64,000 nucleotides of DNA from positions 133,765 to 197,764 of the forward strand of contig CAMKPL010000002.1 of NCBI GenBank assembly GCA_946414655.1. The letters are read 5' to 3'. Under the pieces are notes generated by a model. It saw only the letters and a list, made by a program, of their open reading frames with translations, searched no databases and was not told the origin of the DNA. Both the position numbers and the translations under genes were made by a program. Positions within the stretch are counted from its first letter, which is position 1, and the number at the start of each line of letters is the position of its first letter. This document shows, in pieces, positions 19,283 to 28,158 of this stretch. This stretch comes from an uncultured Bacillales bacterium (lineage in GTDB: Bacteria > Bacillota_I > Bacilli_A > RFN20 > CAG-826).

Positions 19283-19594
19283 ATGATCAAAGTTACTGTC
19301 ATAAAAGCAGAACAAAAAATTAAAAGTATATTAGTCAAAGGCCATTCTAATTCTGCACCAAAAGGAGAAGACCTCATCTGTGCTGGAGTTAGCTCAATCA
19401 TCATTGGTGGAGCAAACGCCATCACTCATCCTGAATGTTATACATTCAAAACTGATGAAGGTTACTTCGAAATAAGAGAATTAAAAACGGCGAATGAGCA
19501 CGATTACAACGTCTTAGAAACTGTGCTTACTCAATTAAAAACTATTGAGGAAACATATCCTAAATTCGTTCAAGTAATCGAGAAAGGAAATTAG
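19283..19594 (+). CDS. prp: Ribosomal-processing cysteine protease Prp (YsxB)
   Basis: Conserved position between rplU and rpmA. Catalytic 'GHS...C' pattern ('[19 protein letters not shown]'). Confidence 0.8.
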   Translation: MIKVTVIKAEQKIKSILVKGHSNSAPKGEDLICAGVSSIIIGGANAITHPECYTFKTDEGYFEIRELKTANEHDYNVLETVLTQLKTIEETYPKFVQVIEKGN

Positions 19595-19596
19595 TT

Positions 19597-19878
19597 ATGT
19601 TATTTAGATTAAATATCCAACTCTTTGCTTCTAAAAAAGGTGTTGGTTCAACTAAAAACGGACGTGATAGCGAATCGAAACGTCTTGGTGCAAAAGTCTC
19701 TGATGGAGAATATTGCACAGCCGGTTCAATTATTTACCGCCAAAGAGGAACAAAAATTCTTCCAGGTGTGAATACCAAACGTGGTGGAGATGATACCATC
19801 TTCGCAACCATCTCTGGTATTTGTAAGTATGAACGTGTTGGACGTTCTAAAACACGCGTTAGCGTTTACGCCAAGTAA
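19597..19878 (+). CDS. rpmA: 50S ribosomal protein L27 with Prp-cleaved N-terminal propeptide
   Basis: '[20 protein letters not shown]'. The FAS|KKG cleavage motif is typical of Firmicute L27. Confidence 0.9.
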   Translation: MLFRLNIQLFASKKGVGSTKNGRDSESKRLGAKVSDGEYCTAGSIIYRQRGTKILPGVNTKRGGDDTIFATISGICKYERVGRSKTRVSVYAK

Positions 19879-19889
19879 GTTGAAAAATA

Positions 19890-19957
19890 TTAGACCTCTT
19901 AGGAGGTCTTTTATTTTATTTAAACGATTAAGACCACAAAAAAGTGGTCTTTTATTA
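19890..19957 (+). terminator. Two tandem rho-independent terminators after rpmA
   Basis: AGACCTC-ttag-GAGGTCT followed by TTTTATTTTATTT. Then AAGACCAC-aaaaaa-GTGGTCTT followed by TTATT. Confidence 0.55.
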
Positions 19958-19980
19958 TCTGACGTATATAATGTGAGTGT

Positions 19981-21252
19981 ATGTTTATTGACCGAGTAGT
20001 AGTTGAAGTAAGATCCGGTAAAGGCGGAGATGGCATGATTGCCTTCCTCCACGAAAAGTACGTCGCTAAAGGCGGACCAAGTGGTGGAAATGGTGGTCGT
20101 GGTGCTTCGATTATTTTTCGTGCGAATAAATCAATTAACACATTGTTTAATTTCCGTCACTCTAAAGTCATCATTGGACAAGATGGTGGAAAAGGTTTAA
20201 CCAAAAACAAATACGGACGCGGTGCAGATGATGTCTATGTCGATGTACCTTTAGGTACTGTTGTTTATTTAGAGAAGAATCACGAGTTCCTTTGCGACTT
20301 ATCCCAAGACGGTCAAGAAGTTGTTGTCGCTAAAGGCGGCCGTGGTGGAAGAGGCAATGCTGCTTTTAAATCTGATAAGAACCGTGTTCCGCGTATTGCT
20401 GAAAACGGCTTACCAGGCGAAACCAAACGTCTTATCCTAGAGTTAAAACTTTTAGCTGATGTCGGATTGGTCGGACTTCCAAATGCTGGTAAATCAACAC
20501 TATTAAGTGTTGTAAGTAATGCAAATCCTGAAATTGCTGATTATCCATTTACGACTATTGCTCCAAATTTAGGAGTGGTAAACGTTTCCAAATATGAAAC
20601 TTTTGTCATGGCTGATTTACCAGGATTAATCGAAGGTGCACACCTTGGTAAGGGTTTAGGATTAACATTCTTAAGACATCTTGAAAGATGTCGAGTTATT
20701 GTCCATCTTGTTTCAATGAGTGATGAAAATCCATATGAATCGTTTAAACAAATTCAAACCGAACTCAAAGAGTACGGCATGGGATTAGAAAAACGTCCAT
20801 TAATTATTGTGGCAAGTAAAATGGATGAGGATGGAGCAGAAGATAAACTCAGAGAGTTTAAGAAAAAAGTTAAAACGGAAGTTATTCCAATCTCATCTTT
20901 AACACACGATGGAATTAATGAGCTTGTTAAAAAATGTTATGAACTAGTTTCAAAAACTGATCCATTCCCATTAATGGGAACTAAAGACAAAGTCGAAACT
21001 AAAGTTTATAATGCTTATAAAGATCAAAAACCAATCTTTGAGGTTATTAAAGAAAGAGATCATGTCTATCGCCTTGTCGGAGAATCAATTGAACGAACTT
21101 ATTCATTGATCAACATTTCTACTGATGAAGGTTTGATGCGTCTGATAAACTATTTAAGGAAAATCGAAGTTGAAGAAGCGCTAAAAGAAGCTGGAGCCGA
21201 AGATGGAGACAGTGTCTTCTTATGTGACTTTGAATTCGAATATTTAGAATAA
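19981..21252 (+). CDS. obg: GTPase Obg/CgtA
   Basis: Obg fold Gly-rich N-terminal domain, G1 'GLPNAGKST', G3 'DLPG', C-terminal OCT domain. Confidence 0.9.
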   Translation: MFIDRVVVEVRSGKGGDGMIAFLHEKYVAKGGPSGGNGGRGASIIFRANKSINTLFNFRHSKVIIGQDGGKGLTKNKYGRGADDVYVDVPLGTVVYLEKNHEFLCDLSQDGQEVVVAKGGRGGRGNAAFKSDKNRVPRIAENGLPGETKRLILELKLLADVGLVGLPNAGKSTLLSVVSNANPEIADYPFTTIAPNLGVVNVSKYETFVMADLPGLIEGAHLGKGLGLTFLRHLERCRVIVHLVSMSDENPYESFKQIQTELKEYGMGLEKRPLIIVASKMDEDGAEDKLREFKKKVKTEVIPISSLTHDGINELVKKCYELVSKTDPFPLMGTKDKVETKVYNAYKDQKPIFEVIKERDHVYRLVGESIERTYSLINISTDEGLMRLINYLRKIEVEEALKEAGAEDGDSVFLCDFEFEYLE

Positions 21253-21983
21253 TGAAGAATTTAGAAGCTTATTTATTAGAAATCCAATCCTTTTTAAAGG
21301 ATTATTTAGATAAATCTGGCTGCAAAGCCTATGTTTTGGGTTTAAGCGGCGGAGTGGATTCTTCTTTAGTTGCAGCCTTAGCCCGTAAAGCTGTTGGAAA
21401 AGATAAACTTTATTGCTATTGTATTGACATTGAATCCAATCCAAAAGATATCGAAGATGCTAAAAAAGTTGCTATGCAACTTGATGTTAACCTCGAAGTC
21501 ATCTCTTTGACTGAGACTTATCATTGTTATCTAAAGGATTTAAAAGGCAAAAACTTTTTACGTTTATCTAAATCTAATTTAAAAGTGCGTATGCGCATGT
21601 GTGCATTATTTGCGTATGCTCAAGAACACTCTGGTCTTGTTTTAGGCACAGACAATTGGGACGAACGCTATGTCGGCTATTTCACAAAGTACGGTGATGG
21701 TGCCGCCGATATCCTTCCAATTGTGCATCTGACCAAACAAGAAGTGCGGGAATCATCAAAAATTTTGGGAATCTCTGAAGATTTATATAATCGCGTTCCA
21801 TCTGCCGGACTTTTCGAAGGCCAAACTGATGAATTAGAAATGGGAATCTCCTATGCTGACTTAGATAATTACCTTTTAGGTAAAGAAGTCAATATAGAAG
21901 CAAAAAAACGTATCGAACATCTCCATAAAATTAGTGAACATAAGCGTGTTGAAATCCCTTCTCCAAAGCCTCCAAAAAGATAA
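21252..21983 (+). CDS. nadE: NH3-dependent NAD+ synthetase
   Basis: PP-loop 'GLSGGVDSS'. 243 aa. ATGA overlap with obg. Confidence 0.85.
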   Translation: MKNLEAYLLEIQSFLKDYLDKSGCKAYVLGLSGGVDSSLVAALARKAVGKDKLYCYCIDIESNPKDIEDAKKVAMQLDVNLEVISLTETYHCYLKDLKGKNFLRLSKSNLKVRMRMCALFAYAQEHSGLVLGTDNWDERYVGYFTKYGDGAADILPIVHLTKQEVRESSKILGISEDLYNRVPSAGLFEGQTDELEMGISYADLDNYLLGKEVNIEAKKRIEHLHKISEHKRVEIPSPKPPKR

Positions 21984-22002
21984 CAAAATAAAAAAATTTT
22001 AA

Positions 22003-22030
22003 GAAAAGTGGCAAATTTGCCGCTTTTTTT
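22003..22030 (+). terminator. Rho-independent terminator after nadE
   Basis: GUGGCAAA-UUUGCCGC (one G-U pair) followed by UUUUUUU. Confidence 0.5.
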
Positions 22031-22072
22031 ACGATAAAGATATATATAAGGAATAACGAGGAAGGAGTCACT

Positions 22073-22642
22073 ATGTTTGACTATTTTATTGGATGCGTCA
22101 CTCGTGTCCTACCTCACGCCATCGTGCTTGAAACAAACGCGATTGGTTATTACATTTTTGTTTCAAAACCTAAACTTTTCCAAATTGGTGACGAAACTAA
22201 AGTTTATGTGCAAGACCTTTTAAAAGAAGACGGTTATTATTTGGTTGGTTTCCCATCGATCGAAGAAAGAGAAGTTTATTACGGGCTTAACTCGGTTAAT
22301 GGAATTGGTCCAAAAACAGCATTAAAAATTCTTAGTGAATGTAACTATCAAGATCTGAAGAAAGCTATTGAAAGCAATAATCTCTTCTTTTTAAGAAGTA
22401 TTAAGTGGATTGGACAAAAAGCATCAGCCCAAATTCTTCTTGATCTTCGTGGTTTCTTTGACCTAAATCAAAACATCAATGTTAACCAGTATGAAGAAGT
22501 TCAATTTGCCTTAAAACGTCTTGGATATAAAAACCGAGATATTGTTTCAACTTTGTCCGGTATCAACATACCAGATGCCTCAAACGAAGAAATCATCAAA
22601 GAGGCATTAAGGAGGTTAAGACCTTATGCGCAGCACAGTTGA
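22073..22642 (+). CDS. ruvA: Holliday junction branch-migration protein RuvA
   Basis: OB-fold N-terminus 'MFDYFIGCV', HhH motifs 'VNGIGPKTALKIL'. 189 aa. Confidence 0.85.
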   Translation: MFDYFIGCVTRVLPHAIVLETNAIGYYIFVSKPKLFQIGDETKVYVQDLLKEDGYYLVGFPSIEEREVYYGLNSVNGIGPKTALKILSECNYQDLKKAIESNNLFFLRSIKWIGQKASAQILLDLRGFFDLNQNINVNQYEEVQFALKRLGYKNRDIVSTLSGINIPDASNEEIIKEALRRLRPYAQHS

Positions 22643-23630
22643 AAGCAAAGAAGAAAAGCAGGTTGAAAACACTCTTCGTCCACATTCTTTTGATGAGTTT
22701 TTTGGGCAACATTCTCTTATAGAGAATCTCCGTGTCTTTATTAGCGCAGCTAAGAAAAGAAACGAAGCTCTGGACCATGTTCTTGTATATGGCCCATCTG
22801 GACTAGGAAAAACAACGATAGCTCACGTTATTGCAAACGAATTAGAACAAAAGCTCATTTCGATTAGTGGACCAACAATCGAAAAGATTGGTGATATGGC
22901 CTCCATTCTTTCATCTTTAGAACCCGGACAAGTCCTTTTTATTGACGAAATTCATCGACTGCCAAAAGTGGTGGAGGAATTTCTTTATGGAGCAATGGAA
23001 GATTACCAAATTTCTATCCTTATTCAACATGATAAAGATTCCCAAAATATTGTGATTGATCTACCTCCATTTACCATTGTTGGAGCGACAACAAAAGTTA
23101 GTTCATTATCGTGGCCTTTAAGGCAAAGATTTGGCATTAATTTTAAATTCGACTTCTACAGAGTAGAAGAAATTGAACAAATCACTAAACGTTCGACTTT
23201 TGTTTTGGGTAACAAAATTGACCAAGAATCTTCACATGAAATTGCCATTCGTTCTCGAGGTACACCACGTATTGCTAATCGTTTGTTAAGACGAGTACGT
23301 GATTTTGCGACTGATCAAGGCAAATACGCAATCACAATCGATATCACAAAAGATGCTTTACAAAGGATTGGAGTTGACCAAATTGGACTCGATGAGATGG
23401 ACTTGATGTATCTAACACAACTTATTTCGAGGTTTAATGGTGGTCCGGTGGGTCTTGATACATTAGCTTCATCATTTGGTGAAGATCCATCAACTCTAGA
23501 AGAGATTTGTGAACCATATTTGATTGGAATCGGTTTAATTAACCGAACACCTCGTGGAAGAGAAATCACTCTCGTTGGAAAAGAGTATTTTTTAAAACAT
23601 CATTCAGAGAGACTTTCTAAACAAATTTAG
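22626..23630 (+). CDS. ruvB: Holliday junction ATP-dependent DNA helicase RuvB
   Basis: Walker A 'GPSGLGKTT', Walker B 'LFIDEIHRL', sensor motifs, C-terminal winged helix. Confidence 0.9.
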   Translation: MRSTVESKEEKQVENTLRPHSFDEFFGQHSLIENLRVFISAAKKRNEALDHVLVYGPSGLGKTTIAHVIANELEQKLISISGPTIEKIGDMASILSSLEPGQVLFIDEIHRLPKVVEEFLYGAMEDYQISILIQHDKDSQNIVIDLPPFTIVGATTKVSSLSWPLRQRFGINFKFDFYRVEEIEQITKRSTFVLGNKIDQESSHEIAIRSRGTPRIANRLLRRVRDFATDQGKYAITIDITKDALQRIGVDQIGLDEMDLMYLTQLISRFNGGPVGLDTLASSFGEDPSTLEEICEPYLIGIGLINRTPRGREITLVGKEYFLKHHSERLSKQI

Positions 23631-23818
23631 TCGATTTTATCGGTTATTTTCTATTTATTCTATATTATTGATTTTTCAATATTTTGAAACAATCGATAAT
23701 AGTTATCCAATACGTTTCTTAAAACTTTCCTTGCTTAAGCAAAGGAGTAGTAGTATTCTTTAAAAGCAAACTTAATTTTTAATTAAGGTCTAGAAAATAC
23801 AAGAAAGAGAACATAGTT

Positions 23819-26512
23819 ATGCGTCGTTTAATTGCTTATATCTCGATGGTCATCGCCATCTTAATCGGTGTTGGCGTATCTTTTGCTCCAACATTTACCA
23901 AAATGAAAGAAGGTCGTGAATTCGCTTCTGGTCGTGAAATTGTCTTTACCCTTAAGGATAAAGAAAATGAAGCTGATCCAGTAAAAGCAGATGCCGCAGA
24001 AAAAGTTGCCGATATCATGAAGGAACGTTTAGACCTCATGAATGTCGAAGACTATTCTGTTAAGATTGGCACAAACAAAGACGACCCAAGCCAAGTTTAT
24101 GCAGATACGATTTCTGTTTCTTTCTCAACCCAAGACGACACCTTATTTAACTATGTTTCTCGTTTACTTGAATTCTCCGGTAAGGATTTCTCTTTAAGAG
24201 GAAACCTTGATGAAGCCTTTGCTGAAAACGTCTTTAAAGACGTTGAAGCTTATATTTATCGTGATTCAGGCACAATTCCTTATGTTATTTTCCCTGTTTC
24301 CGATAGTGAAGCCGTCAAAACTTTCTTAAAAGTTGTTAGCGGTGAAGATGAAGAATCAGAAGATTCTGGAGCAAAAAGTCTCCTACTTCCAAAATTCGCT
24401 GAAGCTGATGAAGGCGAAGGAGAAAGCGAAGAAGAAGGCGAACAAAAGAATCCAGATGTTTTCCTTTGTGGAAACTGGGGTGATGATGACTCCATTGAAA
24501 AAGCATCTGAAAACCCATATTCAGCCGAGAAGGTTATTTGTTCTTGGAACCACGAGAACATTTGGAACCCAGATTCAAAAGAAGCCGAAACTGAATTACG
24601 TTTCCTCTGTGGATCTGCCAATGAATCCGGTGAATACGATTTAACCGCTTTAAAGAAAGCGAACCAACAAGCATCATTCCTTTTAGGAATGTTTAACGCA
24701 AAAGAATACGAAGTCGCTGTTGAAAACAAGTTTAAAGACGTCACCGTTGATGGTGGGATTAAATATAACTATCTCACTGTTGAAGCTTCTTATGAAAACC
24801 TCATTTCCTTTGAAGGAAATAGCACTAAGCTTGCTTGGTCAGCGACACTTAAAGCAACTTTAATTGGTGTCGTCATTGTTTCTTTACTTTTAGCAATGTT
24901 CTTCCGTTTACAATCTTTGGCCGCGATTGCAACAAGTTTATTAAGCTTGTTCTTCACGTATTTACTATTCTTCGCCATGACTCCAACATTTAATGTTGCA
25001 GCCATTGTTGGAGGTATTGTTGTTGCTCTCCTTTCGATTTTTGGTGAAATTGTTTATATGCATCGCTTCCGTGATGAAGTTTATAAAGGACGTAGTTTAA
25101 AGAAAGCTAATACTGAAGCATTTAGACGTTCAAACTTAATTGTTCTTGATGGAACAGTTTTAGTTGGTGCAAGTGGATTACTCTTCTACCTTCTTGGAGG
25201 TGAAGCTTTAAAATCATTCGGAGTGATCGCTTTCTTTGGTGCAATTATTTCCTTTGTTTTATTCCACATTGTCTATCGTATTTTGAATTGGCTTTTAGCC
25301 AATACAACAAATATTCAAACTAAATATAGTTTGTTTAATATTGACGAAAGCAAAGTTCCAAACATTGCTCTTGATGAAAAGCCAAACTTTGAAAGCCCAT
25401 ATGAGAAAACCGATTTTACTAAGAAACGCAAAGCGTTAGGTATTGTTGGTGGCGTCTTATTGGTTGCTTCCTTAGCTGGTATCATCACTTTTGGTGTATT
25501 AAATGGTTCACCAATTAACACCAAGAAAGCATCAGATGATCACTCAGTCATCTATACATCAATTCAAGCTGATGATGACAGATTAAATTCCACACTCTTT
25601 AGTGATGAAATCTTAGCCAAGATTGTTATCGACGGCAAAGCCGTTAACGTGAAAAATGTTTCTGTCGAATTTAAAGAAACAAAGAGCTACGATCTTGATG
25701 AAAAACTCGAAAAGACAACATATCAATATGTTGCTAAATTCGATAATGTGCTCTCCAACGATAAAGTCCAATACAAGGATGGAGAAGATTTAAAAGATGC
25801 GGAGAATTTACAAGATGCGGTAGTTAATCTTGTTGAAAAATATGAAATTATTGAAAATGGTGTCACTGCCGATGTTCGTGTCACCGGTGAAACTGTTTCA
25901 ACTCCAAATCAAGGCGAAATTGCTTTAGCAACCGGCATTACTTTAGCAGCCGCATTTGTCTACTGCGCTTTCCGCTATCGTTTATCTCGTGCTTGTAGCT
26001 TACTTGTTGTGAGCACTGGTGTGACAACCGTGACATACGGATTACTCACACTTACACGTCTAGCCACATCATCCGTGAGCGCAATTTTACTTCCAATCGT
26101 TGCCATCTCATCCTTATTAACTGCTCTCTTCTACTTAAGTAGAGAGAAAGAACTTGATAAAGAAGAAAAGGCCTATGATGCTGAAAAGCGAAGCGCACTT
26201 GTTGCTCGCGCTGCTTCACTTAGTGCATTACCAGTATTCACTTTTGCATTAATTGGTGGATACCTAGCGATTAACTTCTTTGGTTTTGGACCAGTTGAAT
26301 TAACAATCCTCTTTGGTGCAGTGATTGTCGGAACAGTATTAACTGTTCTTGCAGTGCTCTCACTTATGGGTCCACTTGCTAGTGTCTTTGATCGCTTATT
26401 CAGCAAGGTTCGCTTACCAAAATTACGCCGTCATAAAGAAAACAAACAACATTCGCTTAAACCAAAAACAAGTGAACCACAAGAAACAATCTTTATCGGT
26501 ATTAACGACTAA
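23819..26512 (+). CDS. secDF: Fused protein-export membrane protein SecDF (897 aa) with an about 180-aa acidic, Cys-containing insertion in the first periplasmic domain.
   Basis: 12 TM segments in two blocks with periplasmic domains. Conserved SecD/SecF TM motifs. Insert is 'SGEDEESEDSGAK...GEGESEEEGEQ...FLCGNWGDDD...VICSWNHE...FLCGSANESG'. Confidence 0.85.
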   Translation: MRRLIAYISMVIAILIGVGVSFAPTFTKMKEGREFASGREIVFTLKDKENEADPVKADAAEKVADIMKERLDLMNVEDYSVKIGTNKDDPSQVYADTISVSFSTQDDTLFNYVSRLLEFSGKDFSLRGNLDEAFAENVFKDVEAYIYRDSGTIPYVIFPVSDSEAVKTFLKVVSGEDEESEDSGAKSLLLPKFAEADEGEGESEEEGEQKNPDVFLCGNWGDDDSIEKASENPYSAEKVICSWNHENIWNPDSKEAETELRFLCGSANESGEYDLTALKKANQQASFLLGMFNAKEYEVAVENKFKDVTVDGGIKYNYLTVEASYENLISFEGNSTKLAWSATLKATLIGVVIVSLLLAMFFRLQSLAAIATSLLSLFFTYLLFFAMTPTFNVAAIVGGIVVALLSIFGEIVYMHRFRDEVYKGRSLKKANTEAFRRSNLIVLDGTVLVGASGLLFYLLGGEALKSFGVIAFFGAIISFVLFHIVYRILNWLLANTTNIQTKYSLFNIDESKVPNIALDEKPNFESPYEKTDFTKKRKALGIVGGVLLVASLAGIITFGVLNGSPINTKKASDDHSVIYTSIQADDDRLNSTLFSDEILAKIVIDGKAVNVKNVSVEFKETKSYDLDEKLEKTTYQYVAKFDNVLSNDKVQYKDGEDLKDAENLQDAVVNLVEKYEIIENGVTADVRVTGETVSTPNQGEIALATGITLAAAFVYCAFRYRLSRACSLLVVSTGVTTVTYGLLTLTRLATSSVSAILLPIVAISSLLTALFYLSREKELDKEEKAYDAEKRSALVARAASLSALPVFTFALIGGYLAINFFGFGPVELTILFGAVIVGTVLTVLAVLSLMGPLASVFDRLFSKVRLPKLRRHKENKQHSLKPKTSEPQETIFIGIND

Positions 26513-26518
26513 TTTTAA

Positions 26519-26547
26519 TAGGGCTATTTAAATAGCCCTTTAATTTA
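26519..26547 (+). terminator. Rho-independent terminator after secDF
   Basis: AGGGCTATTTAAATAGCCCT palindrome followed by TTAATTT. Confidence 0.5.
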
Positions 26548-26554
26548 CTTAAAT

Positions 26555-28135
26555 ATGGACCGTTTATATCACGAACTTCTCAATTACTATCACCTTTCTG
26601 AAGATGAGTTTTTAAAGATGTCATGTCCCTTAGAAGAGATTCATCTAATTGAACCAACTTCGATTAAGGGAATGAATCGAGTTAAGTCACGTATTTTTGA
26701 ATCAATCAAAAACAACGAAAAGATTATTATCTATGGTGATTATGATTGTGATGGAATCAGTGCTACATCAATCATGTATCGCACATTCCAAATCCTCAAT
26801 TACCATGTTTCTTATTACATTCCATCACGTTATTTAGACGGATATGGACTTAATGTCCAAAACGTTGAAAAGATTGCTTTAGCCGGCTACAAACTAATTA
26901 TTTGTGTCGATAACGGCATCTCTCAACATGAAGCGATTCATCGTGCCAAAGAACTTGGTATTGACGTTATCGTTATTGACCATCATGAAGTTCCTGAAGT
27001 AAGAACTGAAGCGTACGAGATTATTCATCCAACTGTTTCCGAAATTTCAGAGATTATTGGTTCAGGCGGATTTATGGCGTTATATGTTTCAGCTGCACTT
27101 CTTGGTTCATATGATGATTATTTAGTGACAATTGCTGGTTTAAGTGTCATTTCCGACATGATGGAATTAAAAGGTCAAAATCGTGACCTTGTTCGACTCG
27201 CTGTGAACAATTTTGAGAAGAATAAATACCTTCCTCTCCGCTTGTTAGCGGAATCTCCAATCATTTCTGAGAAATCATTCTCGATGGAAATCGCGCCGAA
27301 AATTAACGCGATTGGACGTCTGATGGAGAAAAACGAGGCCAATCTTCTTGTGAAATATTTCACAACAGATAATGACCAAGATGTTTATTCACTATGTGAT
27401 TGGATTAACCGTATCAACGCTGAGCGAAAAGAAATCACACGAGAAACCGTCGATAACCTTCAAGAGGACTTCTCTAGTTTACCTGGTATCTGTGTCAACA
27501 TTGATACAAAAGAAGGCATTATTGGTTTGATTGCCAATCGGTTCTTAAATTTATATAACGTTCCTTCTTTAGTTTTCACAAAGGATGTTTTACATCCTGA
27601 AATCTTAAAAGGTTCAATTCGATCAAAAGAAGGATTTAATGTCACAAAAGCATTTAAATCCCTAGAAAAATATCTTGTTACTGGTGGTGGACACTCCTTT
27701 GCTGGAGGCTTATCCATCAAAGCAAACGACTTTGAAGAATTTAAAAAAGAATTCCTCAAACTTTGTGAGCAATACAGGATTGAAGAAAGCAAACATCCAA
27801 GCATCGATATTTCCCTTTCTGAAATCACCATGTCGAACTATGAACTTGTTCGCAAATTTGCTCCATTTGGAATGGGTTTTGAAGAACCTCTATTCTCTAT
27901 TGAGAATATTCCAACTAGAGGCCTAACATTTATCTGTGAAGGAAAACACCTCTCCACACCATTAACAATCCAATCAAAATTACTCGGTTTTAATATGAGT
28001 AAAGATGAGATTCAGTCAGCGTCTTTAATGAACATTGAAGGCCACTTTAACCTCTCTTCATTTAAAGGCGCAAAGACGCTTGAATTTCGAATTTCAAAAT
28101 ATAATCTTCACCAATCTAGCGCACCTGTGCGATAA
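26555..28135 (+). CDS. recJ: Single-stranded-DNA-specific exonuclease RecJ, short form with DHH + DHHA1 core only.
   Basis: DHH motifs 'IIIYGDYDCDGISA' and 'VIDHHE'. DHHA1 'GGGHSFAGG'. Conserved position after secDF as in Bacillus. Confidence 0.75.
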   Translation: MDRLYHELLNYYHLSEDEFLKMSCPLEEIHLIEPTSIKGMNRVKSRIFESIKNNEKIIIYGDYDCDGISATSIMYRTFQILNYHVSYYIPSRYLDGYGLNVQNVEKIALAGYKLIICVDNGISQHEAIHRAKELGIDVIVIDHHEVPEVRTEAYEIIHPTVSEISEIIGSGGFMALYVSAALLGSYDDYLVTIAGLSVISDMMELKGQNRDLVRLAVNNFEKNKYLPLRLLAESPIISEKSFSMEIAPKINAIGRLMEKNEANLLVKYFTTDNDQDVYSLCDWINRINAERKEITRETVDNLQEDFSSLPGICVNIDTKEGIIGLIANRFLNLYNVPSLVFTKDVLHPEILKGSIRSKEGFNVTKAFKSLEKYLVTGGGHSFAGGLSIKANDFEEFKKEFLKLCEQYRIEESKHPSIDISLSEITMSNYELVRKFAPFGMGFEEPLFSIENIPTRGLTFICEGKHLSTPLTIQSKLLGFNMSKDEIQSASLMNIEGHFNLSSFKGAKTLEFRISKYNLHQSSAPVR

Positions 28136-28158
28136 TTATTTATAAGGAACCCCCGCCT

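Noticed and set aside
24280-24744. 154-aa Ser-rich antisense ORF inside secDF.
   Set aside because: It is the reverse-complement reading of the acidic GAA/GAG-rich insert, which gives TTC/CTC = Ser/Phe/Leu. No start context is present.
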